Assembly (NCBI GenBank): GCA_018696595.1
Contig: JABHQW010000008.1
Span: 96,001 to 160,000, forward strand
From: Candidatus Woesearchaeota archaeon
GTDB taxonomy: Archaea; Nanobdellota; Nanobdellia; Woesearchaeales; GW2011-AR9
Reading direction: 5' to 3'
DNA: 64,000 nt
Shown: in pieces, positions 38,784-47,930 of the stretch
How positions within the stretch are numbered: the stretch's first letter is position 1
How the letters are laid out: each line of letters opens with the position of its first letter
Notes under the pieces: generated by a model
The model's database searches: none
The model's input: the letters and a program-made list of their open reading frames with translations, nothing else
What the model was told of the DNA's origin: nothing
Made by a program: the position numbers and the translations under genes

Positions 38784-39857
38784 CTAAGCGCTAGCCATAA
38801 AACTCATTTTAATTATTTCTTGATAAGATATAGTTCCTAAACCAAAATCTGGAAGTCCAAAAATAATCATTACAGCCAAAGCAATAAAGAAAGCATAAAA
38901 GTACAAGAACAAATTGTTAAATAAATGATTTCCCCTCCATTCAAAAGGCAAAATAAAATATTTTGTAATTAAGAATACAGCAAGTAAAATCACTACAATT
39001 ATCGCAAAAGCAAAAATTGGCAATTCCATAATTAAAACAATGGTTTCTACTAAAGCACCAATTAATAATGTAATTAAAGCTGCTAAAAGCAAGTATAAGT
39101 TAAAAGTAAAAACTTCAAAGAAACGATTAGAAGCAAATTTTTCTAAAAGCACATCTTTTGAAATAACACTTCCAGAAATTGCCGCCAGGAAATAAGACAG
39201 TGCTTCGATTATCATATGACAAAAGACAACAAACATTATCCCCACAAATATTAAAATTGGCCACTGGCCAGAAAACGAAGCTGCATTCTTTGCAGTTAAT
39301 CCAAATATCGTGCCCCAAACCGAAGCGTTCCATGTTATTAAGAAAATCGCCCCATCCCCTGTTAATAAAGCCATAATAAAACAAGCCATTAAAACTAAAA
39401 AATTATTGCTTAACAAACTTTTGAACAAGCCAGCATCAAAGAATTCTGTGGAAACAGCACTACCAGCAAAACCTTGTCCAAATCTAATCTCTAATTGTTC
39501 TCTAAATAAAGTGTTACTTTGCATTTCGGGCATAACCATTGTACCAACAGAATAAACAAGTAAAATCCCAATAAATAAATAAACATAAATTTTAACAACG
39601 TCAACATCATCTTTCCATAATGATTGTAGAGAAACTTTTTGTTCCATACTTTCTTGTCTTTCCTCGATGGAAAATATTTTGTAAAGTTCAGGTAATAATA
39701 ACAATGAAGTGAAAGCAACTGCAACTAATGCTGGATCTCCTGGAAATAATACTGAAGCAATTAACAATCCAATGAAAGAATAAACAATTCCTAGAATTAA
39801 AGCATAAATGCCTTTCCTTTCTAACCAATCTTCTGGAAATATATGTTCTAACACCAT
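38784..39857 (-). CDS. Stage II sporulation protein M (SpoIIM)-like membrane protein
   Basis: 'LLSNNFLVL', 'FLITWNASVWG', 'HMIIEALSYFLAAISG'. Confidence 0.75.
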   Translation of the reverse strand: MVLEHIFPEDWLERKGIYALILGIVYSFIGLLIASVLFPGDPALVAVAFTSLLLLPELYKIFSIEERQESMEQKVSLQSLWKDDVDVVKIYVYLFIGILLVYSVGTMVMPEMQSNTLFREQLEIRFGQGFAGSAVSTEFFDAGLFKSLLSNNFLVLMACFIMALLTGDGAIFLITWNASVWGTIFGLTAKNAASFSGQWPILIFVGIMFVVFCHMIIEALSYFLAAISGSVISKDVLLEKFASNRFFEVFTFNLYLLLAALITLLIGALVETIVLIMELPIFAFAIIVVILLAVFLITKYFILPFEWRGNHLFNNLFLYFYAFFIALAVMIIFGLPDFGLGTISYQEIIKMSFMASA

Positions 39858-39974
39858 CTTTTGAGTTAAGAAAGATATTTTAGTTTATATAGTTTACTAT
39901 TTGTGATAAACCATAACATTTATTAAAAACAAACACACAATAGGACCAATTAAAAATTTTGAGGGTGAATTAAT

Positions 39975-40523
39975 ATGGTAGCTACATGGATTATTGGAAT
40001 TATTGTTGCTGTGGTGATATTGTTTGTTATTTACATTTACAACAGCTTGATTAAATTAAAAGTAAGAGTAAAGAACGCCTGGTCACAAATTGATGTGCAA
40101 TTAAAAAGAAGATATGACTTAATACCAAACCTAGTAAATGCAGTTAAAGGTTATATGAAACATGAGAAGACTGTTTTAGAAGAAGTTACTAAAGCAAGAA
40201 CAAGTTTAATGTCTGGTTCAAAAGAAACTCAAGCAGAAGCATCTAACCAAATAACAGAAGCATTAAAATCTATTTTTGCAGTGGCAGAAAATTATCCTGA
40301 CCTTAAAGCTAGTGAGAATTTTAAACAATTACAAGAAGAACTTTCTGGAACAGAATCAAAGATTGCTTATGCTAGACAATTTTATAATGATAGTGTAATG
40401 GCTTTTAATGAAGCGATTCAAGTATTTCCAAAAAATATGTTTGCCAAAATGTTTGGATTTAAACAAGAAGAATTTTTTGGTGCTGAAGGAAAAGAAAGAG
40501 AGAATGTGGAAGTTAAATTCTAA
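39975..40523 (+). CDS. lemA: LemA family protein
   Basis: '[21 protein letters not shown]', 'AENYPDLKA', 'RQFYND'. Confidence 0.97.
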   Translation: MVATWIIGIIVAVVILFVIYIYNSLIKLKVRVKNAWSQIDVQLKRRYDLIPNLVNAVKGYMKHEKTVLEEVTKARTSLMSGSKETQAEASNQITEALKSIFAVAENYPDLKASENFKQLQEELSGTESKIAYARQFYNDSVMAFNEAIQVFPKNMFAKMFGFKQEEFFGAEGKERENVEVKF

Positions 40524-40561
40524 TTCCACTTTTTATTTTTTTAATATCTTAATTTTCAAAA

Positions 40562-41461
40562 ATGGGAATATATGAAGAAATAGCATCAAACAAAAGAAGA
40601 TCGTACCTATTGATTTTTGCATTTCTAATTTTTATTACATTTGTTGGCTATGTTGTTGGATTCTTTTACGGAAGCGGTTACTTTGGTATTGGTCTAGCAT
40701 TAGTTATTGGAATCATTTACTTTCTAATTAGTTATTATGGGGGAGCTAACGCAATTCTAGCCATGACTAAAGCTAAAGAAGCAACAAAACCAAAATACAC
40801 TTACTTGATAAACACAGTAGAAGGATTAGCAATTGCAGCAGGATTAGCAAAACCACCAAAGGTTTATGTTATCGAAGATTCAGCATTAAACGCTTTCGCT
40901 ACTGGTAGAGATCCTGAACATTCTTCAATCACAGTTACAACTGGATTACTTGAAAAATTAACCAAATTAGAATTAGAAGGAGTTATTGCCCATGAAATGT
41001 CACACATAAAAAACTTCGATATTAGGGTAATGATGTTAGCAGCAGTAATGGTTGGATTAACAGTTTTACTTTCTGACTTTTTGTTGCGTAGTTTCTTATG
41101 GGGCCGAGGAGGAAGAAGCCGTGAGAATAACCAAATGACTGCCGTTTTTATTATTGTAGGATTAGCTTTAGCAATTCTTGCACCATTAGTTGGAGAAGCA
41201 ATCAAGTTAGCTATTTCCCGTAAGAGAGAATATCTTGCTGATGCATCTGGGGCCTTGTTAACCAGATATCCAAAAGGTTTAGCTGATGCCCTTAAGAAAA
41301 TTAGAAGTGATCCTGATCCATTAGTTGACCATGCTAATAAAGCCACAGCACATCTGTTCATTTCTACCCCTTTTAGAAAATCGAAGAAGTCTTTTATGAA
41401 GAAATTGTTTTCTACACACCCACCAATTGATCAGCGGATTAAAAAGTTAGAAAATATGTAA
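40562..41461 (+). CDS. htpX: HtpX zinc metalloprotease (M48)
   Basis: 'NAFATGR', 'HEMSH', 'SRKREYLAD', 'STHPP'. Confidence 0.96.
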   Translation: MGIYEEIASNKRRSYLLIFAFLIFITFVGYVVGFFYGSGYFGIGLALVIGIIYFLISYYGGANAILAMTKAKEATKPKYTYLINTVEGLAIAAGLAKPPKVYVIEDSALNAFATGRDPEHSSITVTTGLLEKLTKLELEGVIAHEMSHIKNFDIRVMMLAAVMVGLTVLLSDFLLRSFLWGRGGRSRENNQMTAVFIIVGLALAILAPLVGEAIKLAISRKREYLADASGALLTRYPKGLADALKKIRSDPDPLVDHANKATAHLFISTPFRKSKKSFMKKLFSTHPPIDQRIKKLENM

Positions 41462-41524
41462 AATCTATTTTTATCAAATATTTTGTTAGATTTTTTAAAT
41501 ACAGGCCGTTTCTACACTAATATT

Positions 41525-41588
41525 ACCCAGCGTTAGTACTTCCCTTGTGAGACGATGATCAAGGGCGTTAAACGTTGGGTTCATAATC
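41525..41588 (+). ncRNA. Candidate H/ACA-type guide sRNA with K-loop
   Basis: 10-bp basal stem 41525-34/41571-80; internal pocket; upper stem ending in a K-loop (GUGA...AUGAUC); AUA at 41583-85; TATA-like tttaaata at 41494-501; pocket complementary to CGCC-UG-GGAAGUAC. Confidence 0.6.
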
Positions 41589-42918
41589 CTTTCAAATTTT
41601 CTTTAAAATATTCTTTCTTCTCCTTAATCGCTACAGGAGCAGAACCGCCATGCCAAGTAAATCTAGGACGCATTTGTACAGGAAAAATTCTTTCATTAGC
41701 ATCATCAAAGATTACTGCTGCACCTTTAACTCTAGGAAGCATATCAATTTCATGTTCCAAACCTTGCCGCATATAACTTTGAGTTAACATCCCTAAAGCA
41801 TCAACATCCATCCTTGCAGTTAGACGATGAGCCAAAACAGTATCAGATTGAGTCATAACATCTGTATGGATCTTAGCGGGCTGTTGAGTTGCCAATATTA
41901 AAGAAATCCCTGGTTGCCTACCTTCTCTTAGAATCGTAATGAGAGCATCAGAAGCGGCAGTCTTACCATCATGAGGCAACAATTCATGTGCTTCATCAAT
42001 CGCAATCCAAACTAATGGTTCTTCCATTTTTTGTTCAACATCTTTAGAGAAGTAGTGCATTGCGGCATCTACTGTTTTAAATTCTTCAGTCTTTCTTGCT
42101 AACATTCTTTGATTGAATAAAGTTTTACTGATTAGTCCTACAACTAAAGCTTTAATTTCCCAACCGGAAGACATTGTTGCATAAGGAGAAACGTCTAAAA
42201 CTGTAACTTGACCACCTTGAACAATATCTTTCAGAGGTGTTCCTTCTTTAGAAAAAACACCCCATCCTTTAGCTTTCTCAAATTGGTTTGTAACAACATT
42301 TCTGACAACTTTTTCACTTTCTTCATCTGCTTTAACAAATTGCATAATTGCATCAATTTCATAACTTTCTCCTTTTTCTTTTAATTGGTGGGTTGCTTTT
42401 GTAATTAAAACTCCTTCGGCTGAATTTGGATTAAGAGCAAATGCTTTACACCAATCCTCGCTATCAACATCTAAAGGCCTAATTGAAAAAGGAAAATCTG
42501 TAGGGATGCCTTCATCTTTGTATTTGTAATAAAATCCTGAAGGAGTATAAATCTTAACATCTAACCCCTTGGGATCGAAATTCCATTTCTTAACTAAATC
42601 GGCATCTTGGAAATTTGGATACTTCATGGTCCAATAAATCCCCATCGTATCTAAAAGAACAATTGATAAGTTTTGTTTTATTTCTGGTTCTAAATCAGCA
42701 AGACCTTCTGCGATTGAACCCATAGTGTAAGATTTTCCACTCCCTCGTTTTCCAACGATAAAAACAACGTGAGCACTAGCCACATCTAGATAAACAGGAT
42801 TAGATAAAGAAGTGGTCTGACCCATCTTAACGTACTGTTTAGCTATAAGAACGGTTCCCCTTTTACCAAACTTCTCCACATTCTTTTTACTTCTTCCAAT
42901 AATAACATCAAACACCAT
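41581..42918 (-). CDS. HerA/FtsK-superfamily (DUF87-like) ATPase lacking a HAS barrel
   Basis: Walker A 'GKRGSGKS', 'LDTMG', 'IDEAHE', 'REGRQPG', 'ATQQP'. Confidence 0.88.
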   Translation of the reverse strand: MVFDVIIGRSKKNVEKFGKRGTVLIAKQYVKMGQTTSLSNPVYLDVASAHVVFIVGKRGSGKSYTMGSIAEGLADLEPEIKQNLSIVLLDTMGIYWTMKYPNFQDADLVKKWNFDPKGLDVKIYTPSGFYYKYKDEGIPTDFPFSIRPLDVDSEDWCKAFALNPNSAEGVLITKATHQLKEKGESYEIDAIMQFVKADEESEKVVRNVVTNQFEKAKGWGVFSKEGTPLKDIVQGGQVTVLDVSPYATMSSGWEIKALVVGLISKTLFNQRMLARKTEEFKTVDAAMHYFSKDVEQKMEEPLVWIAIDEAHELLPHDGKTAASDALITILREGRQPGISLILATQQPAKIHTDVMTQSDTVLAHRLTARMDVDALGMLTQSYMRQGLEHEIDMLPRVKGAAVIFDDANERIFPVQMRPRFTWHGGSAPVAIKEKKEYFKENLKGL

Positions 42919-43000
42919 TACTTGGTTTAATCTAAGGGAGAATAAAAAGCTTGTGGTTAAAAGAGGAAATATTAAATAAACAAGAAAATAAAAGTTGTTT

Positions 43001-43555
43001 ATGACAATCCTCTCAATTATTGGAACTTCTGGAGTTGGAAAATCATTTTTAGTTAAACAACTAGCTGCAATAGAAGGCTTACCTGCTTTTTTTGAAGGAG
43101 AAGAAGGTACAATCCCTAAAGAAGTTTTAGAAAATGTCTTCTCTAAAAAAGATTCTATTCAGAGATATGATTGGTTTTTGAACCATTATAAAAAAATATT
43201 AGATAACGCAAGAAAAGTTTCTGATAATGGTTTAGATTGTTATACGGATTGTTCAGAAACATTAGCTAAAGCAATATTGACTGTAGAAAAAGCAGAAATT
43301 AAATTAAACTTACCAAAATCAGATAAAACTATTATTCTAACAGCATCAAAAGAAAAATTACAAGAACTAATTAACTTAAGAGCAAGAGATAGTGAAAATA
43401 ATGAAAAAGCTATTATTCGAGCTCTTAAAATTCAAGAACATCTAATTAAACTAGCGAGAAAAGAATCATTAATTATTATTGATAGATCAAATCTAGATTT
43501 CACAAAAGAAGAAGATTTAAAAAAAATATTAAAAAAAATAAAAAGTTTAAACTAA
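43001..43555 (+). CDS. P-loop nucleoside/nucleotide kinase-like protein
   Basis: 'IIGTSGVGKS' P-loop; small NMP/dNK-like size; ATG at 43001. Confidence 0.7.
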   Translation: MTILSIIGTSGVGKSFLVKQLAAIEGLPAFFEGEEGTIPKEVLENVFSKKDSIQRYDWFLNHYKKILDNARKVSDNGLDCYTDCSETLAKAILTVEKAEIKLNLPKSDKTIILTASKEKLQELINLRARDSENNEKAIIRALKIQEHLIKLARKESLIIIDRSNLDFTKEEDLKKILKKIKSLN

Positions 43556-44860
43556 CTTATCATCAGTTAAAATACTTACTTTCTGAGATTCTTTAACTTT
43601 GGAACTAGTTCCAACTAAATACTTAACTCCAAGTTTCTCGGCAACTCTAACTAAGTCAACATCAACCGCACCATCCAAAATTAAAGCGTGAACTCCTCCA
43701 TTTAAACTTTTTACAGTACTAGTTAGCTCACTTAAAGGGACTTTACCCAAGATGTTTAATTTATCATCAAAGATGCAAGCACCCCTTGTTCCAAACAAAT
43801 CATCAAGAGTTTCTTTAAATTTAGATTTCTCTTCTGCAGATAATTTTACTTCTTTCCGAACAGTTCTTTGCGGAGCTGAATGACTTTGAGATCTTTGAAA
43901 TCTAGACTCTGGTTTCTTATATTCAGGTCTTCGTTGAGCTGGTCTTTGAGTTTGTTCTCTTCTTCCAGTATGTCCTAAATGATTGCCTCTTGAAACTGGT
44001 TCTTCTTTCAAAGCCCCAGTATCATCAATTCCAAGATCTAATTTAGCTTGTTCAGCAGTTATTTTACCACGTAAAGCTTTATGGATCTCTTTCTTAGTAA
44101 TTTCTTCAACTTCTTTTCCATCTGGTGCTTTACATACAGAATCAATATCTGCTACGCTTAATAATTCCCGAATAATCAAGTTTCCACCACGATCACCATC
44201 AACAAAAACAGTAGTGTTTTTCTTTTTGGTTAATTCTTTAATGGTTTCTGGACAAGAAGTTCCGTTCATTGCAATTGCATTCTTAAATCCATGCTTAAGT
44301 AAGTTTAAGACATCTGCTCTACCTTCAACGATAATAATGTCATCACTTTCTTCTATTGCTGGTCCTGCTGCAAGCTTTTCTCTACCATAATCAGTAACTT
44401 CCATCATTCTTACAGATTTAGAAACTTCATCAGCAAGTTCTTGTGAATCTGGAAGAGTGTTATCAGTTAAGTCTTTTAGTAATTCTTTCGCTCTGTCAAT
44501 CACAAACTGCCTCTTACTAATCCGAACATCTTCAACTTTACCAACTGTAACTTTAGCATTACAAGGACCAATTCTTTGAATAATCTCCAATGCTGCACCA
44601 ACAATTGCAGTTTCAGTTTTATCTAAGCTACTTGGAATAATAATTTCTCCCTTAGTTTTTCCAGAACTTGTGGAAACATTAACTTCAATTCTACCAATTC
44701 TTCCACTTCTTTGTAATTCTCTTAACTCTAAATCATTTCCCAACAATCCTTCAGTTTGTCCGAAAATTGCCCCAATTACATCAGGACGATCTACAACACC
44801 CTCAATTAAAATTGTTGAATGAATAATGTATTTTGCCGCTACTGGGCTTATTTTTGCCAT
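43547..44860 (-). CDS. dnaG: Archaeal DnaG (TOPRIM primase-like, exosome-associated)
   Basis: 'GVVDRPDVIGAIFGQTEGLLG..LELRELQ.SGRIGRI', 'IIIVEGRADV', 'FVDGDRGG'. Confidence 0.97.
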   Translation of the reverse strand: MAKISPVAAKYIIHSTILIEGVVDRPDVIGAIFGQTEGLLGNDLELRELQRSGRIGRIEVNVSTSSGKTKGEIIIPSSLDKTETAIVGAALEIIQRIGPCNAKVTVGKVEDVRISKRQFVIDRAKELLKDLTDNTLPDSQELADEVSKSVRMMEVTDYGREKLAAGPAIEESDDIIIVEGRADVLNLLKHGFKNAIAMNGTSCPETIKELTKKKNTTVFVDGDRGGNLIIRELLSVADIDSVCKAPDGKEVEEITKKEIHKALRGKITAEQAKLDLGIDDTGALKEEPVSRGNHLGHTGRREQTQRPAQRRPEYKKPESRFQRSQSHSAPQRTVRKEVKLSAEEKSKFKETLDDLFGTRGACIFDDKLNILGKVPLSELTSTVKSLNGGVHALILDGAVDVDLVRVAEKLGVKYLVGTSSKVKESQKVSILTDDKLV

Positions 44861-45101
44861 TTTTTATTCCTCCGAATAGTACTTTAGAAATAGCGCTTTA
44901 ACAAATCGTCAATGATCAAATTTTGATTCTTTTGTACTAAAATTATTATTGATTGATTGAACATGATAAGCACCCTTCCAAAGTGTTTTTATTTTTATAC
45001 TAGAAAAAATGTCACTAAATCTCATTACTTGAGGTTACTAAATTAATTGTTATATGTTTAATTATATAGCGAATAGTGAGTTGGATTTTCTAGTTTTCTA
45101 T

Positions 45102-45184
45102 GATTATGAAGCCCGCTTCACTAACTCCCAAGTTCAAAGCTTGCATTTAGCGTAAGCTCCCCAGGGTACTCTCGTGACGGGCTT
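45102..45184. ncRNA. Candidate structured small RNA (or MITE-like element)
   Basis: GC-rich island with terminal stem aagcccg(45109-15)/cgggctt(45178-84), tcac/gtga, and inner hairpin agcttgc/gtaagct; minus-strand TATA at 45207-14; flanked by a 10-bp direct repeat tagttttcta. Confidence 0.45.
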
Positions 45185-45500
45185 AGTTTTCTAGGTGTGC
45201 TTATAATATATAAATGATTCGGTCTGAAAATCAGATTTTAAAAAAAGAAGCAAATTTAAGCTTAATTTACCGAATTCAGACAGTATTTAAGAAGGATTAA
45301 AAACCCCAGTAAAACCGGATTCATCATCCAGCATTACAAGGGTAAAAGAGGTGGTTTTGAGGTGTTTATTACTCTTAAATGACAACTAATATATAAGGTT
45401 TTTGGTTGTTTGTCACTAAGGAGTGGTTTAATTGTCTGAACTTGAACCATTATGTTTGAAGCCAATTAAGCTTTTAATTCAAAAACAAACTATTTAAGAC

Positions 45501-47891
45501 ATGCTTTCACAATTCTTCATTACACATGTAGAACCCCTACATTTACAAAAAGGCAAAGAAGCATTGTTTTATGTTAGAGAACAAGATTTATCTACAGGAA
45601 GAGGTAAATCCCATATTAGAATAAAAGAAGTCCCACATTATTTCTTTACTCGCAATATGCCAAACGACCAATTAGCTGGACACATTCTTAAGTTTGGACA
45701 ACAACCTGATTTAGAACATTTAGTTATGGAACAACATCGTATTAGTAGCAATTGGTCTTTCTTAAGAACAGAGGGATGTAAAGAAGATAGAAAAGTTTTA
45801 CCTCATCCCTTTGTTTGTAGAAAAGATTCTAAAGATAAAAGAGACCCATCAGGAAATAGTTCTCCCTCAAAATTATTAAGATGGCTTTATCCACCAATGA
45901 TGTTAATACCTTCGCCAGATGAAATACCTCTCCCTTTAGAAATTATGGGTTTTGACTTTAATTATCAATTTGCAGGTTTAGAGCACGTAATTAATGATTT
46001 AATGGCCATTGCAGATATTGAAGTTCGAGATTGGCAAATTGGAAAAGATAGTATCTTTCAAATGGTTTATATTTCTCCGCTAAGTCAAATTATCTTTCAT
46101 GACCTACCTTTTAATGATCGTGAGCAAGAAGGATTTAGACTAATAAGATATCCCACGCAAAAAGAATTAGGGCAACTGACAACCCAATTAATTGCTCAAG
46201 AAGACCCCGTTTGTTTAGCGGGTCACAATTTAATGAATTATGACCAACTACAGCTTAGAAATATTACTCAAGCATATTTTCCTGCAACCAATGAATATCA
46301 TCCTGTTACTAAATCTGCACAAGGATTTGGTAGAGTTTTAACAAAAGGAAGATTTACGATTGATACTTATGGATATTTCTTCAATTGGTTAAATTTGTAT
46401 GTTAACAATAAAATTGAAACAATTCAAGAGTTTTCTAAATCAATTGGTTATGACGAACAAGCTGCTTTACTTAGAAGAGCAGAGCAAGGAGACAAAGAAG
46501 CATTTAGAAAATTAACCCATTATTGTATTGAAGATGGTAAAATCACTTGGGATTTGCTGCAGAAAGTTAAAGAGACCGTTTTTGATAAATCTTTAGCATT
46601 AAGAACTTCTCCGGACAAAATCAGTTCATCTGGTAGAAACTCTTTGGGGAGAGAAGATTGGAAAAGAAAATATTTTTTATTTCATGGTAATTATGAAGAA
46701 GGTTGGAGAAGAAGAGCAAAAAGGGCAAAGAAAGGTTTTTCAGTAGAAAAAGTAAAAAACAGATACCTACCAATAACAAAGTTCCCAGAGTTAGTTGATT
46801 TTCATCAAGGAATGTTTGAAAATGCCCACATTGTTTATTTTACTCCTTTTGTTTCTGCTTGTTCAGAAGAAATAGAAATGTTATTTCCAGAATTGTTAAA
46901 CAAAATTAGAGTTTCTCAAGACCCTTTAGAAAAATTTGATTGGTTACAAGTTCTTAATGCCAAGTTAAGTTATGTTGTTGAAGAAATAGTTGATGTTTTA
47001 GATCAGCAAGAAGGAGATCTTTTTCAAAGAACAGAATGGATAGAAAAAGATCAATATTGGCAATTATCTAATTTTTTAAAGGACCACCATTTTGGGCTTT
47101 CTGGAGCTGTAGACTTAGTTAATAAATTTGTTGGAGCTTTAGAAAAAACCAGAGAATTTTTAGCAGATCCGAAAGTAGATATTATTAATCGAGGAAATTA
47201 TTTTTATTTTCTTACTGGGGCGGTAGATTTAAACAAACTTAGAGAACAAGAACTGGGAATACATATGGGACAAGGACAAGTGTTGTCATTAGGAAAAGAA
47301 AGAACTGTTTCCAACCCATTTGGAACAGATAATATTGACAGATTAATTTATCAAGGATATAAACCCTACCTTGGAACAAAATTTGTTTTTGAAAAAGAAG
47401 TATTAAGAGATGTTTTAACAATGTTTTTTGGTAAAGAAGATCCCAAAATTATTCACAGTTATTTGAGTCATGTTTTAGATAAAGTTCAATCCGGCAATTT
47501 ACCAAGAGAGGCATACTTTGTTCCAAAAAAAACAAGAACTTACTTTAAAGGACTATTTAACCAAGCAGTTGAAAGAAGTGAAAGAGATAAAGAGTTAAAA
47601 GACAGGTACGCTCAACTAAAAAGAAGAATCAAAGATCGAATGTCAAATGACACAGCCAGAGAATTAACTGGATTTACTGAACAATGCCAGGATTGGTATT
47701 GTCATCCTTTCCTAGAAGAATGTTTAGAAGGCATCTTAAGCCCTTATCCACCAACAACAAACCTGGTTTATGTTAAAGATTCTCAAGGGATATTACTCCC
47801 AGAATCAATGACTGATAGTTTAGATTTAGAATTTTACCATGACAAATTAAAAGAGTCATTAAGACCTTTTATTGATATTATTAATTCTTAA
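45501..47891 (+). CDS. Family B DNA polymerase-like protein with a 3'-5' exonuclease domain and a degenerate polymerase domain
   Basis: ExoI 'ADIEVRD', ExoII 'AGHNLMNYD', ExoIII 'YCIED'; no DFxSLYP or YGDTDS, with candidate remnants 'VYFTPF' and 'NRGNYFY'. Confidence 0.7.
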   Translation: MLSQFFITHVEPLHLQKGKEALFYVREQDLSTGRGKSHIRIKEVPHYFFTRNMPNDQLAGHILKFGQQPDLEHLVMEQHRISSNWSFLRTEGCKEDRKVLPHPFVCRKDSKDKRDPSGNSSPSKLLRWLYPPMMLIPSPDEIPLPLEIMGFDFNYQFAGLEHVINDLMAIADIEVRDWQIGKDSIFQMVYISPLSQIIFHDLPFNDREQEGFRLIRYPTQKELGQLTTQLIAQEDPVCLAGHNLMNYDQLQLRNITQAYFPATNEYHPVTKSAQGFGRVLTKGRFTIDTYGYFFNWLNLYVNNKIETIQEFSKSIGYDEQAALLRRAEQGDKEAFRKLTHYCIEDGKITWDLLQKVKETVFDKSLALRTSPDKISSSGRNSLGREDWKRKYFLFHGNYEEGWRRRAKRAKKGFSVEKVKNRYLPITKFPELVDFHQGMFENAHIVYFTPFVSACSEEIEMLFPELLNKIRVSQDPLEKFDWLQVLNAKLSYVVEEIVDVLDQQEGDLFQRTEWIEKDQYWQLSNFLKDHHFGLSGAVDLVNKFVGALEKTREFLADPKVDIINRGNYFYFLTGAVDLNKLREQELGIHMGQGQVLSLGKERTVSNPFGTDNIDRLIYQGYKPYLGTKFVFEKEVLRDVLTMFFGKEDPKIIHSYLSHVLDKVQSGNLPREAYFVPKKTRTYFKGLFNQAVERSERDKELKDRYAQLKRRIKDRMSNDTARELTGFTEQCQDWYCHPFLEECLEGILSPYPPTTNLVYVKDSQGILLPESMTDSLDLEFYHDKLKESLRPFIDIINS

Positions 47892-47930
47892 TCCAAACAT
47901 ATTTAAAAAAGAAGAGCATTTCTTATCTTA

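Noticed and set aside
41555-41776. 73-aa + strand ORF
   Set aside because: Mostly antisense to the ATPase, and it begins inside the K-loop hairpin; better explained by the ncRNA
45102-45184. RNase P RNA, SRP RNA or tRNA identity for the hairpin element
   Set aside because: Too short; lacks GAGGAAAGUCC (RNase P CR-I), the SRP helix-8 motif and a cloverleaf; only a GAAGCGGGCUU resemblance to CR-V
45330-45452. 38-aa minus-strand ORF and a possible third copy of the 30-bp motif upstream of the PolB-like gene
   Set aside because: The ORF has no RBS or recognisable motif; only scattered gaca/ccact words match the motif, which is not significant
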